DNA of 64,000 nucleotides from Hemiscyllium ocellatum (taxonomy: Eukaryota). The notes beneath the pieces are model-generated. The model made no database searches. It was given only the letters and a program-made list of their open reading frames with translations, and was not told the origin of the DNA. The stretch is from contig NC_083417.1 in assembly GCF_020745735.1 (NCBI RefSeq), forward strand, positions 36,084,001-36,148,000, in the 5' to 3' direction. This document shows, piece by piece, positions 13,546-25,453 of the stretch; within the stretch, counting starts at the first letter, position 1; the number at the start of each line of letters is the position of its first letter. Position numbers and translations under genes: made by a program.

Positions 13546-13892
13546 GAGGAGGCGATAACCTAGTGGCAGCATCACAAGACTATTAATCCAGGAACTTAGC
13601 TAAAAGGTCCTGGGCACCTTTCCTTGAATCCTGCCAAGGCAGATGGTGGATTGTGAATTCAATAAAAAAATCTGGATTTAACAATGAACGTGAATCCATT
13701 GTCAATTGTTGGAAAAGCCCCTCGGGTTCACTAATGTCCTTTAGGGAAGGTAACTGTTATCTTTACCTGGTCTGGCCTACATGTGACTCCAGACCCACAA
13801 CAATGTGGCTGACTCTTACTTGCATTCTGGGCAATTAGGGATGGGCAATAAATGCTGGCCTGGCCACCAATGCCTTCATCCTGTAAATGAAT
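13546..13892 (+). mobile_element. tRNA-derived SINE, second family
   Basis: tRNA-like head (cctagtgg...ttgaatcc). The 3' tail gggcaattagggatgggcaataaatgctggcc is shared with the LINE fragments at 18525-19745 and 28039-28386. A second copy lies at 43575-43878. Confidence 0.8.
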
Positions 13893-13924
13893 ATATTTTA
13901 AAAATTACTACAGAGACTTTCCGA

Positions 13925-14016
13925 ATCAATCTGTTTAGAGGTGTTATAGACACACTGCTGAACCCAGGACTCTTAGCCCAGAGGCAGGGTCACTATCACT
14001 GCACGACAAGGCCCCC
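13925..14016 (-). mobile_element. Short tRNA-headed SINE remnant, third family
   Basis: Reverse complement ggggccttgtcgtgcagtgatagtgaccctgcctctgggctaagagtcctgggttcag has A/B-box-like motifs. A similar decayed copy lies near 60300-60388. Confidence 0.5.
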
Positions 14017-14360
14017 AGAATGTTAGAAGCACACTACTCTCAGGTATGTCTCTCATCTGCACCAAATTTATTCTGCCCAAGTCCTCATGACATTATCACA
14101 GTGGGTAATGCTTACTACAATCAATCAAGACTTAACCCTTTCAAACATTCTCAGAGCCATACAGCCACAAGGATCAGAAGATCACTGAAGATGTGTGCAG
14201 TTGTGTCTGATCGGGAGAATCTGCATGCACAGTGACAATTTACATAGAATTACTGGTACTCTGAGGTTTCAGGCTATTTCCAGTAATTTTGCCAGTCACA
14301 ACAAAGGCTAGATGTTGAAGTTTATGTGAAATAACAGATAACCACATTAGTTATTCTGAT

Positions 14361-14506
14361 AATAAAAGCTGGTGATGCTGGAAATGTGAAAGAAAAACAG
14401 AGAACTAGGGTTCTGATGAGATGTCATATTGAAATTGAAACTCTGTTTCTCTCTCCACAGATGCTGCCAGTCCTACGGAGTCTCTCCAGCATTTTCTGTT
14501 TTTATT
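14361..14506. mobile_element. Short inverted PLE pLTR insertion, subfamily B
   Basis: Minus-orientation tip (gatgctggaaatgtgaaagaaaaacaga) followed by plus-strand gttCTGATGAgatgtcatattgaaattGAAAC...ctctccacagatgctgccag...ctccagcattttctgttttt. Confidence 0.7.
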
Positions 14507-15416
14507 TTAGTCATACAAATGTTACAATAACAGTGATGAGAGTCTGTAAGCTCATCCAGAATTTATACAGCCCAGAGATGGACAATAGCAGAGTTGGGAG
14601 ATATCTGAGACTGAGAGAGGGCAGAACTATTGATTTTGTGAATAAGATGTACATAGTCAGCGATCATAGGGACAGACATGGAAAGTCTGTCTATATAGTT
14701 TAAAGTACTAAGTAAATATTTAAAATAAATGCAATTTAAAAAATAAAAGCCATTTTAATTTTTATTCTATTTTATGAACTGGTCTTGTAGTTCACTTACT
14801 TCTCTGGGAAAGTATTTCCAAATAAGCATGGTTGCTTTTTGTTCCATTCCACCCTTTTCCCCCTGTACCACACTGCACATACTACCATCAATTTCATTGG
14901 AACATAAAAAAAAGCAATTGACTATGCAACAGGGTGAAGCTGAGATATATTTTACTGAAGGAAAAGAAAAGATGAGATGTAATGATTTCCATTCTAAATA
15001 GCATAGCGTTAATGCTTATTGAAATTTGGAGGAATGCTGTGTCAATGACTCAATATCATTGGTCGGTTGATGCTGAGATGTATAGACCAAGAAAATTCCC
15101 AGCTTCAATTCATTCGCTAAATGGAGTAAGTCCATCTCCACAAAAACTATATTTGGCATCAGGATCAATGGGCTATGAAGGTGAAAGAAATTCAATAGTT
15201 CCTACTCCTTATTTTTATTCAGTGACTACTACTGAAAGTGCTTTTGCATGGCAAGTGGAATATGGTTGGTTTGGCTTTGATTCATGTTCTATGTCAAGGT
15301 TCACAAATGAAGAATGGCCACTTGGACAGTTTCCACAGGTTACTAATGCACTCTCCAGAATGAGTAATTACTTTCTTAAGAAGAGAGAGGAGTGCAAAAA
15401 TTCAGAAAAAGACAGA

Positions 15417-15650
15417 TGGCTGAAGTTTATCAGAAATTGGCTAACTCAATTCTTTTGAGTTTCTGACTGTGATATCTCAAGAAACTTCTCATGCTAGTTT
15501 CTCAAAACTCACTTCATTAGCTAGGTGCCATACTCCATGGCACCTCACTTGTCGTAGTTCAGCTTTCACCACATGAGGAAACACTTGCCACTGTCCCAAT
15601 GCTCAATGTAGCCCAATATCCGTTCATTGTTCATAGTGGGACCATCACAT
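15417..15650. mobile_element. Terminal remnant of the same DNA-transposon family as 62471 onward (Harbinger-like)
   Basis: ggctgaagtttatcagaaattggcta resembles ggctgaattttaccagaaatcagcta (62473); ttcattagcta...ggcac is also shared with 62870-62900. Confidence 0.5.
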
Positions 15651-15651
15651 T

Positions 15652-15842
15652 CGGGAGGAAGTGAGGACTGCAGATGCTGGAGATCAGAGTCGAGAGTGTG
15701 GTGCTGGAAAAACATAGCTGGTCAGGCAGCATTCAAGGTGCAAGAGAATCGATGTTTCAGGCACACGCCCCTCATCAGGAATGAGATCAGCCTATTCCTG
15801 ATTAAAGGGCTTATGCTTGAAATGTCGACTCTCCTGCTCCTT
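15652..15842. mobile_element. Palindromic PLE pLTR element with two opposed hammerhead motifs (subfamily A)
   Basis: Full left arm from aagtgaggactgcagatgctggagatc to ctcatcaggaat, a short spacer, then the inverted arm attcctgattaaagggcttatgcttgaaatgtcgactctcctgctcc. Confidence 0.9.
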
Positions 15843-16119
15843 CACACATTGCCTTACCTCAACTGGCTCAAAACATTCCCTTTATTCAGCAACTGCAAAG
15901 TGAATGAGAAACAAGCAAACAGAACTTCATATGCATCTGGAAGCAGACAGGGTTACCTTGCAATGAACAACAAAGTTACAATCAATGACTGATCAATGTA
16001 CCTCCTCAGACCTATTGAAATCAGATGCCAATAAGTCCTCTGTGGTTAGTTGGACACAATGCTGCAATGTCCCATCATGCAGAAGGTGATGTTATACCTG
16101 TTTAATGTCCTCATCTTCC

Positions 16120-16610
16120 TGCACTTCAGACACCATCACATCCCTCCTTTGCCTGCTGCAGCTATGCAGAGTTCAGCATGCAGGGATTATATGTCAGAAT
16201 TTGGATTGTTTACCAAGCAGAAACTTCCAAATGGGAGGTGAGCCCCAGGTAGATACAGGAAATGCTTCAGTGATACCCTCAAGGCCTTACTGGCAAAGTG
16301 CAACATTTCCACAGACACCTGGGAATCACTGGCCCAAAACTATCCAAAGTGAAGGAGGACTATCCGGAAACATGTTGAGCACCTTGAAACTTGCCATCAG
16401 AAAGAAAATGGAAGCCAATTGGAAACAGCGAAAGGAGCACATTGCTACACTAATGCCCCAGCCACCCTTTCCCGTGACCACCATCTACCCAAATATAACA
16501 GAGCCTGTGGTAGCCACAGCAGTCTGTACAGCCACTTACAACTTCATCCTGAGAGTGGAAGAATGTCATCCTCCTCGGCGAGGGACTGCCGATGATGATG
16601 ATGAAGATGG
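16120..16610 (+). mobile_element. RTE-clade LINE 3' fragment
   Basis: Encodes RKCFSDTLKALLAKCNISTDTWESLAQNYPK*RRTIRKHVEHLE, an RTE ORF2 C-terminus-like sequence; ends in a (GAT)n tail. Confidence 0.8.
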
Positions 16611-16629
16611 TATTCTGCCAGGCTTTTTT

Positions 16630-16925
16630 TTAGATTAGATGGAAACAGGCACTTCGGCCCAACCAGTCCACGCCGACCCTCTGAAGAGTAACCCACCCAG
16701 ACCCATTTCCCTCTGACTAATGCACTTAACACTACTGGCAATTTAGCATGGTCAACTCACCTGAAGTGCACATTTTTGGACTGTGGGAGGAAACCGGAGC
16801 ACTCGGAGGAAACCCACGCAGACATGGGGAGAATGTGCAAACTCCACACAGACAGTCACCTGAGGCTGCAATCGAACTTGGTGCTGTGAGGCAGTAGTGC
16901 TAACCACTGAGCCACCGTGCCGCCC
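16630..16925 (-). mobile_element. HE1/V-SINE-like SINE
   Basis: Reverse complement starts gggcggcacggtggctcagtggttagcactactgcctcacagc and ends in a (TCTAA)n tail. Confidence 0.92.
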
Positions 16926-17599
16926 AGACTGAACCAAGCCCTGGAATTGTATCTTCTGCAGGCTTAGTATCTGATCCACTATGGTCCTGGCCAAACAATG
17001 GATTGCACTGTAACTATGCTCAGCCTCAGTCTGGAAATTGCATAACAGAGTCGTCAGGCATGGTTGCAGAAGGTAACCTGTAACCAGAAGGGATTCCCTG
17101 TAACCACCCTTATAAGGCATCTAGCCTTTTATAGTTTATCACACTCCCCCATTAGTTCCATGTTCCCCCATACAATGGAACAATGAGAACCCTGGCAAGG
17201 ATAACTGACCATGGAATGCCTCTACATAGTCTTTGACATTGGGACCTTATTTCTATAAAAGGAGCAAGGAGCACAAGCCATGTCATGTTAATAGAGTAAG
17301 TGATTGTAAGGGCTACATGATTACTGATACCTTCTCCTCTTAGCCCCCACCCCCCGCCTGTCAGTCAAGAAATGTATCGTTATGAACATTTAGAATTCAA
17401 GGTGAGAGGAAATCTGTCTTGTGCCCTTCTGTAGTCTATGAGACCTTGTATTGTTTTTATCAATTGTGGTCCACAGATGTCACTTCTATAGTCACCTGTG
17501 ATTCATAGAAGACCATGTTCAATCTGCAATGACCAGTAACATAGTCAAGATTACTGGTGGGCAGAAATTGTACCCCACTGAGTTGGACACTGAATGTGT

Positions 17600-18522
17600 T
17601 TCATAGAATCATGGAATATAGCTCATTGGGTCTGTAACAACCTATCTACATTAATCCCACTTGCCAGCACCTGGCCCATAGCCTTAAATGTTCTGAGATT
17701 TCAAGTGCACAACTGCGTACGTTTTAAAAAATTTCCTGCCTCTATAGCTTTCCCAGGCAGTGCATCCCAGATTCCAACCACTATCAAATCCTCTCTAAGC
17801 CGCCTGTTCTTCACCTTCAAATTCTGTCCTTTGTCATTTACCTTCAACTAAGGGAACAGTGTTTCCTATCTAACCTGTCACGCCTTTTACAATCTTGTAC
17901 ACCATTATTAGGTTCCCCGCTCAAACTTCTCTGCTCCAAAGAAAGCAACTTGAGCTTATCCAGCCTTTCTTCATAGCTAAAATGCTTCTTCCTCCCAGGT
18001 AACCTCCTGGTGAATCTCTTCTGCGTCTTCTCCAGTACAAACACATCCTTCTTATAGTGTGGTGACCAGAACTGCACACAGTGCTCCAGCTGCAGCCAAA
18101 CCCCAAAGTACTGTACAGTTCCAACATGACCTCCTAGCTGTTATCGTCTATGCCACAACTGATAAAGGCAAGTCTCCCTTATGTTTTCTTAACTACTGTA
18201 TTAACCTGTAATTCCGCCTTCAGGGATCTGTGGACAAGCACCTTAAGAATTCTTGGAACTTCCTCATGTCCTGACATTTATTGACTATGCCCCTCTTGTC
18301 TTGTTACTTCTACCGACATGCTCCACTTCACACTTTTCAGGTTAAATTTCATCTGCTACTGGTCTGCTCATCTGACTAATATTTGTCTATACCTTTGTGT
18401 AATCTAATACTTCCTTGCTCATTGTAAACCATCCGGTCAATCTTTATGTCATGTGTAACCTTACTTATAATTTTTTTCCAATATATCCTCATGTATATAC
18501 CACAAACAATAAAGGATCTAGT
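17600..18522 (-). mobile_element. CR1 LINE 3' fragment
   Basis: ORF 17844-18077 gives QFWSPHYKKDVFVLEKTQKRFTRRLPG...YEERL. Confidence 0.9.
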
Positions 18523-18524
18523 AG

Positions 18525-19235
18525 TTTTTCTTTATTCACTTGTGGGACATGGGTGTTGCTGACTGGGCCAGCATTTATTGCCTGGCTGTAGTTACCCTTG
18601 AGAAGGTGATCGTGAACTACCTTCTTGAATTGTTGAAATGCATATGCACAATCTCTTTGGGAGGGAATTTCAGGATTTTAACCCAGCGACAGTGAAGCAA
18701 TGACAATACTTTTCCAAGTCAGAATGGTGAGTCATCTGGAGGGGAACTTACAGGTAGTGGTGTTCCCATGTATCTGCTGCCCTTGTCTTTTTAGATGGAA
18801 GTGGTTGTGGATTTGGAAGGTGCTGTCTAAGGATTTTTGGTGAATTTCTGGAGTGAATCTTCTAGATAGTACACCTTGCTGCTACTGAGTGTCAATGGAG
18901 GAGGGAACGGATGATTGTAGATGTGGTGCCAATCAATGAAGCTACTTTGTCTTGAAATATATCAAATGTTGAGTGTTTTTGAAGCTGCAGTTATCCAGGT
19001 GAGTGGGGAGCATTCCTTCACACAACAACAACAAAAAATTGCAAATGCTGGAAATCAGAACCCAAAACAGAAATTGCTAGAAAAACTTAGCAGATCTGGC
19101 AACATCTGTGGAGAGAAAACAAAGTTAATGTTTTGGGTCCAGTGACAGAACTGATGATTCCTGGGAAAATGTTGTTATTTATGCAGAAGATAGGGAGAGG
19201 GTTGGGAAGAGGAGTGAACAATATGTGGAGATGAG

Positions 19236-19271
<36 letters not shown>

Positions 19272-19745
19272 AGTTGCATTGACAAAGGAATGGGTAAAGG
19301 GCAGCCATAGAAAATGAATAGCTGTTAATAGGGACAGTTAATGGCTGATAATGGGCTACCTGTTGTAGCAGCTCATGTAATGTCAAGCCATGGTGTATGT
19401 GGGTTAGGGTAAGGATATGGGAGAAGGTGCTCCAGTAATCCATCACACAGCTGATTTATGACATGCAGATGGTGGACAGACTTTGGGTAATCAGGAAGTG
19501 ACTTCCTCAGCACAGTATTCCGAATTTCTGACCTGCTTTTGTGGCCATTGTGTTTATGTGATAAGTCCAGTTGACATTCTGGGCATTGAGAATTTTGACA
19601 GTGGTAGATTCAGTGATGGCAATGCCATCAAATGTCAAGAGGAGTTAGTTAGAGCACTGCTTATGGGAAATGGTCATTGTCTGGCTTTGTGTGGTTCAAA
19701 TGTTACTTTCCACTTTTCAGCTCAAGCCTAAATACTGCCCAGGTG
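18525..19745 (-). mobile_element. LINE 3' fragment (CR1/L2 group), interrupted by a PLE
   Basis: 3' tail gggtaactacagccaggcaataaatgctggcccagtcagcaacacccatgtcccacaagtgaataaagaaaaa; collinear with 28039-28386. Confidence 0.75.
19024..19433 (-). mobile_element. PLE 3' fragment (subfamily B) containing a (GA)n microsatellite
   Basis: pLTR gcaaatgctggaaatcagaacccaaaacagaaattgctag...gttaatgttttgggtccagtgac; hammerhead core partly deleted. TSD agcattccttcacac (19009-19023) / agtaatccatcacac (19434-19448). Confidence 0.8.
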
Positions 19746-20414
19746 CTTGTGTGTGTTTATATATGTGTGGGATTATTTAGAAGAGTTAGTGTTACCTTAG
19801 CAGTTAAATTCATACTTTTCATCTTTCAGGTTGTATGTTAGTCAGTTTTGCATTTTTGTCAAATAGTCCTTGTTGTATCATAAATCAATATTGTATGCAC
19901 GTTAAAAGGAATCCACCTGATGCATCACATTATTCTGAAGCTAATATAGATGAGATATACAATTGGCTATATTTGTAACTTGGTAAAATATTTGAACTGT
20001 GAATCTAGAAAGAGATCTACTCCAACTCCATCAGGCATCCCAATGGACGTTGCCTTCTGTCATCTTTAGAGTCCAGACCAGGAGAATTAGGCAGCATGGA
20101 GGAGAACTGGAGCCTACTGGGTGTAACCTTCTCTCAGTGTGTCTATAGGCCACTTTTGAACTATAAGGACATTCTAGGTATGTGCTTGATGATTGATGGT
20201 TTGTAAAATGCTGCTGCACATCTCTGCTAGCATCATGACAATTTTGAAAACTTGCTTCATGATCATAACTTTTCTATCCAGCACAGGATCAAAGTTATCT
20301 AAGAAATGGCTAAACTCACAATGTTTGCATGGTGAAACACATATGGCCCAGAAGACATCATCTGAGCAAGTACTGATGTATTGCGCTTAGGGCTTCCATT
20401 GTCTAAACATCCTA

Positions 20415-23136
20415 CTCAGGAGGGTTTAAACTAGTCTGGCAAGGGGTTAGAACCTTACACAGTGGTGAGATAATAGAGAAGGTTGAAGCTGGTATAGAAG
20501 TTAAACAGAACAAGCTAAATAGACAAGACAGACAAACGCATGGCAGAGGACAAAGGAAGACTGTCGAATCAAGCATATATTTATTTCAATGCAGGAAGCC
20601 TGACAGGTATGGCAGATGAACTCAGAGCATGGATGGAATCATGGGACTGGAATATCATAGCTGTTATCGAAACATGGCTGAGGGAGGGACAGGACTGGCT
20701 GCTCAATGTTCCACGTTATAGATACTATAGGAAGGATTGAAGGAGAGGTAACAGAGGAAGAGGAGTGGTGTTTTTGATTCGGGAAAATATCATGGCAGCT
20801 CTTAAAGAGGACATTCTTGAGGAAATAATCCAGTGAAGCTATATACTGAGAACTGAGAAATAAGAAGGGGGTGATCACTTTGATGGGATTGGACTATATG
20901 CTTCTGATTAGTCAATGGGAAATTGAGGGACAAATATGTAGGGAGATTGCAGATAGGTGTAAGAATAATAACGTTGAAGTAGTAGGGGATTTTAACTTTT
21001 CAAAAATAGATTGGGACTGCAATAGTGTTAAGGACTTGGATGGATAGGAATCTGTTCAGTCTGTTCAAGAAACCTTCTCAATCAATTAGAAAAAGGGCAA
21101 AACTCAACTTCCTCTTTGGAAATAAGGCAGGGAAAGTGACTGAGGTGTTAGTGAGGGAGCACTTTGAGACCAGTCACAATAATTCTATTAGTTTTAAAAT
21201 AGTTATGGTAAAGGATAGGCCTAATCCACAAGTTAAGTTCTAAATTGAGGCAAGGCCAACTTTGATGGTATTCAGCAAGAAATTTCAAAAATTGATTGGG
21301 GGAGGCTGTTTGCAGGTAAAAGGACATCTTGCAAGTGGGAAGTTTTCAAAAGCAAGGTAATGAGAATTCAGAGGCAATATTTTCCTGTTAGTGTGAAGGG
21401 CAAGGCTGGTAGGAATAGGGAACACTGGATGACTAAAGATATTGAAACTCTGGTCAAGAAAAAGAAGGAGGTATATATCAGGTCTCGACAGTTAGGATCA
21501 AGTAAATGCCTTGAGGCGTATAAGGGATGTAGAAGTACATTTAAGAAAGAAATCAAGAGAACAAAAAGGGAACATGAGATAGATTAAGGTGATTTCAAAG
21601 GAATTCCATAAATATATTAAGGACAAAAGATTAACTAGGGAGAAAATGGGATCCCTTAAAGGCCATCAATGTGTTAAACCTGAGGAGATGGCTGAGACAC
21701 GAAAGAAATATTTCATGTCAGTATTTACCATGGAGAAAAAATGGAAGCTAGAAACCTTGGGGAAATAAACCTTGAAAACAGTCCATGTAACAGAAGAGGA
21801 GGTGCTGGAGATCGTAAAGTGCATAAAAGGGGGATAAACCATTGAGACCTGATCAATGTATCCCAGGACATTGTGGGAAACTCTTGAAGAAATTGCTCAC
21901 ATATTCATATCATTGACATCAATGAGTGAGATGCTGGAAAACTGGAGGGTGGCCAATGTTGGGCTGTCATTTTGGAAAAGCTGCAAGGAAAAGCCAGGGA
22001 ACTATAAATCAGTGAGCCTGACACCAGTTATGGGTGAGTTGTTGGAGGGGATTCTGACAGACAGTATCAAAATGCATTTGGAAAAGGAAAGACTGATTAG
22101 GGATAGCTAGCATGGCTTTGTCCTACATGGAAAATCATGTCTCACAACCTTGATTGAGTGTTTTGAAGAGGCGACCAAGAGGATAAATGAAGGCAGAGTG
22201 GTAGACGTCATCTACATGGACAATAGCAAGGCCTTCAACAAGGTTCCATATGGTAGACAGGTTAGATCACATGGGATCCAGAGAGAGCTAGCCAATTGAA
22301 TACAAAATTGGCTTGACAGTAGGAAACAGAGAGGTGGTCGTAGGGGGTTGTTATTCAGGCTGGAAGCCTGTAACCAGCGGTGTGCCAAAAGGATTGGTGC
22401 TGGGTCCACTGTTGTTCATCATTTATCTAACTGATTTAGAGCGTTAGTAATTTTGCAGATGACACTAAAATTGGTGATGTAGTGGACAGTAAAAGTACAA
22501 CAGGATCTTTATCAACTAGACCCATGTGCTGAGGAGTGGCAGAGGAGTTAAATTTAGATAAATGTGAGGTGTTGCATTTTGGTGAGGCAAATCAGTACAG
22601 GACTTATACAGTTAATGGTATTGCTATTGGTAGGCTATTATTAAACTGGAAAGGGTGGACAAAAGATTTACAAGGATGTTGCGAGGGGCAGAGGGTTTGA
22701 GTTATAAGGAGAGGCTGGATAGGCAGGGTCATGTTTAACCTGGAGCATTGGAGGCTGAGGGATAACCTTAAAGAGGTTTAGAAAATCATGAAGGGCATAG
22801 ATAAGGTGAATAGCCAAAGTCTTTTTCCTAGCCTATGGGGAGACCAAAACTGGAGGGCTTAGGTTTAAGGTGAGTGGGGAAAGGTTTCAAGGGTTCTGAG
22901 CGGCAACATTTAACACATAGGGTGGTACATTTATGGTGAATTTATGCCAAAAGATGTGGTCGTGGCAGGTACGATTATGCCATTTCAAAGACATTTGAAA
23001 AGGCACATGGGTAGAAAAGATTTAGAGGGATATGGGCCAAATATAGGAATATGGAACTAGTTCAGTTTAGGAACATTGATTTGCATGGACAAGTAGGGCT
23101 GAAGGATCTATTTCCATGCTCCATGACGCTACGACT
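20415..23136 (+). mobile_element. CR1 LINE, most of ORF2 (APE endonuclease + RT) with internal deletions, inactivated
   Basis: YFNAGSL...WNIIAVIETWL (endonuclease), KEKPGNYKSVSLT, ttttgcagatgac (FADD) and a CR1 3' tail. Confidence 0.95.
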
Positions 23137-23659
23137 GTAATTCATCTGTGATTCAAACCAGGCTGTATCCTCCTTCGTTGCTGCAAGGAACATTAAACGT
23201 TGGACTGCAAAACACATTGATCAACTGGTTAAAGCAACAGTAGACTCTGTTATTATGACCCTTCCAGTCAGATGATACCACAGAAAGCATACTTTGCCTA
23301 ACAAGACTTTGTCATGAAACATCATTTGAAAGAAAAAGTCCACACCAAATGAATGTTACCTTTCCTGAAAAATGTCATAACAGAGTGCAAGATTGTGGAC
23401 CACCAGAGATAAAGAAAATATGTTTCTTAAATTGGTTATTTAAGAAGAAATTGTTGTGAGCCACCTTTTAGACAGAGGTACGTAGATATTCAACACTATG
23501 TTATTTAAAATTGCTTTAAACACTGGTTTTAAAGATTAAGATTACAATTAGCCCATGCTAATACATTTTATAATATGAGTTTGTGCACCTATATGTAACC
23601 CTGTTTGGGTTATAAATAGTAAGATTAAAATCCACCATATTCAGAAGGCAAGATTAAAA

Positions 23660-23965
23660 AGCTAAAAACACAGTGCTAGAAAACCATTAAGGTAGCTTCT
23701 ATGGAGCAAGAAACAGAGTTAATATCTCAGGAACTTTCATCATATATGAAAACTGTTCTAGACCAATATTTTTAAAAGTACAGAACCATGGAGAGGCCAA
23801 TGGGGAGGAAGGAAATAACAAAGGAGAATGTTTATCTCAGAGTGAAGGGCAGAAGTGATTTAATGTCAAAAGTGATGAAGGTTGCAGAGCAAAACAGGAA
23901 CAAGTAATGGCAAAGGATCTACATGCCACATTTTCTCTTTTCAGTTCAGATCTCCAGTGTTTTCC
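23660..23965. mobile_element. Very decayed PLE terminal remnant
   Basis: gtgctagaaaac...tctatggagcaagaaacagagttaatatctcaggaactttcatca, plus an opposite-orientation ttcagatctccagtg. Confidence 0.4.
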
Positions 23966-25453
23966 TTTTGATGAAAGGATTGAAAGCTGAAATAAAGGTG
24001 CATGGACTTCTCGTATCAGGAATGGTCAAAATAACTGAACGCATGTAAGTAAATAGGTTTTAATTCTAGTGGGAATGGTCGAGTCTGGGCATGAGTTAAA
24101 AAAACTGTATTCTTAATTCATTTTGTGACACAAAGTGACAGAGCACTCATTTAAAAGGTTACAATGTGGAAAATAATGTGTCCAGTGGTTTCTTGCAGGA
24201 GTTCCTTATGAGGAACCACATTCCTTATCATAGGAATGATTTGGGACAGACAATTAAGTATAAAATAAGTCATCTCCTGCCCAGATTATTCTTGCCCTTT
24301 TCTGTTCTGTTATTATTCATTGCCACAAATGAATGAATCTGATGAGACTGTGTCAGTTACATCAGACTTATCTCTATAATCTGAGGAATGACATCACTGA
24401 TGTCATAATGTATGGGAGTAACATTTCGACAATGTGTGACATTCAACCCTACAATATCCGTCCAGATCAAAGAACAATACTTAAGAAAGTTTACAAAAAA
24501 TAGAGACAATTGTTTACCAATGAGTACATCAATATTATAAGTGATCAGCTAATTGATTCTATTCTCACATACCTTGTAGACAGCAACTACACACTACACA
24601 GAGGATGAAATAATTTTTCTGATTGGCCTGCCAACCCTGTCAGGGCAAATTCTGTTTGGAACTGGAGAAAGCCCTTTGGGCTACACAAATCGCTTGCTTG
24701 ATTGCTTGCGGGATTGATATGCACTGCCAACACCAGCAGCCCAACTTTCTGTGAGGCCAACAAGCCTCTGAAATCAATCGACAATGTCAGGTTGCAGGTC
24801 ACTATTTCATTCCTTGTTACATAATAGCTATAGCTAAAAAAAAAATGAGGTATATGTTACAGATTAGCACAGACTTCTGTATGTTACTGCAACATGGTTT
24901 CTTATTATTAGGATTTCACAAAGCTCGCCTTAACATATCCAGCACTGAAGCTTTGAGACAACAAGTCAAATATGTTTTGCAGGAATCCACACATATTTTT
25001 GCGATGGCTCTGTACTAAATCAGCTGGTAATAAACACTAGCTGGTTATATTTCTATTCATCAAATTGAATTCGTGTTACAGCTCAGAGATTATAGCACGA
25101 GTAGCTGACCATACCTTGTTCAGCTTCATATTGTTGCAATTAGACCACGACATACTGACTGGGTTAAAAGTAATATTTGGTGTGACTGGTTAGAGTTTAA
25201 CAAACTTTACTCAGCATACACTGACAGAAAAGTCAGTTTTGTAATATGAGAAAGTCTATGCCTTCAATATACAAATAAAATATCAAACTTGGGTTGAGTG
25301 ACACAGAGATAGAGATTTCCTGGGCAGCCACTCAGTACCTTCGATACCTGGCTTATACCTGAAGGTTCAGGTTGGTTATGATGCTACAGAAACCAACATT
25401 AAAATTTTGTTCATTGACATGCTGATTGCATTGTAAGATGTCTCATTGCTCTA

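Noticed and set aside
14982-15458. 158-aa ORF
   Set aside because: No recognisable domain or splice context, and its 3' end runs into a transposon terminus; likely chance.
16105-16638. 177-aa ORF
   Set aside because: Off-frame reading of a decayed RTE LINE end.
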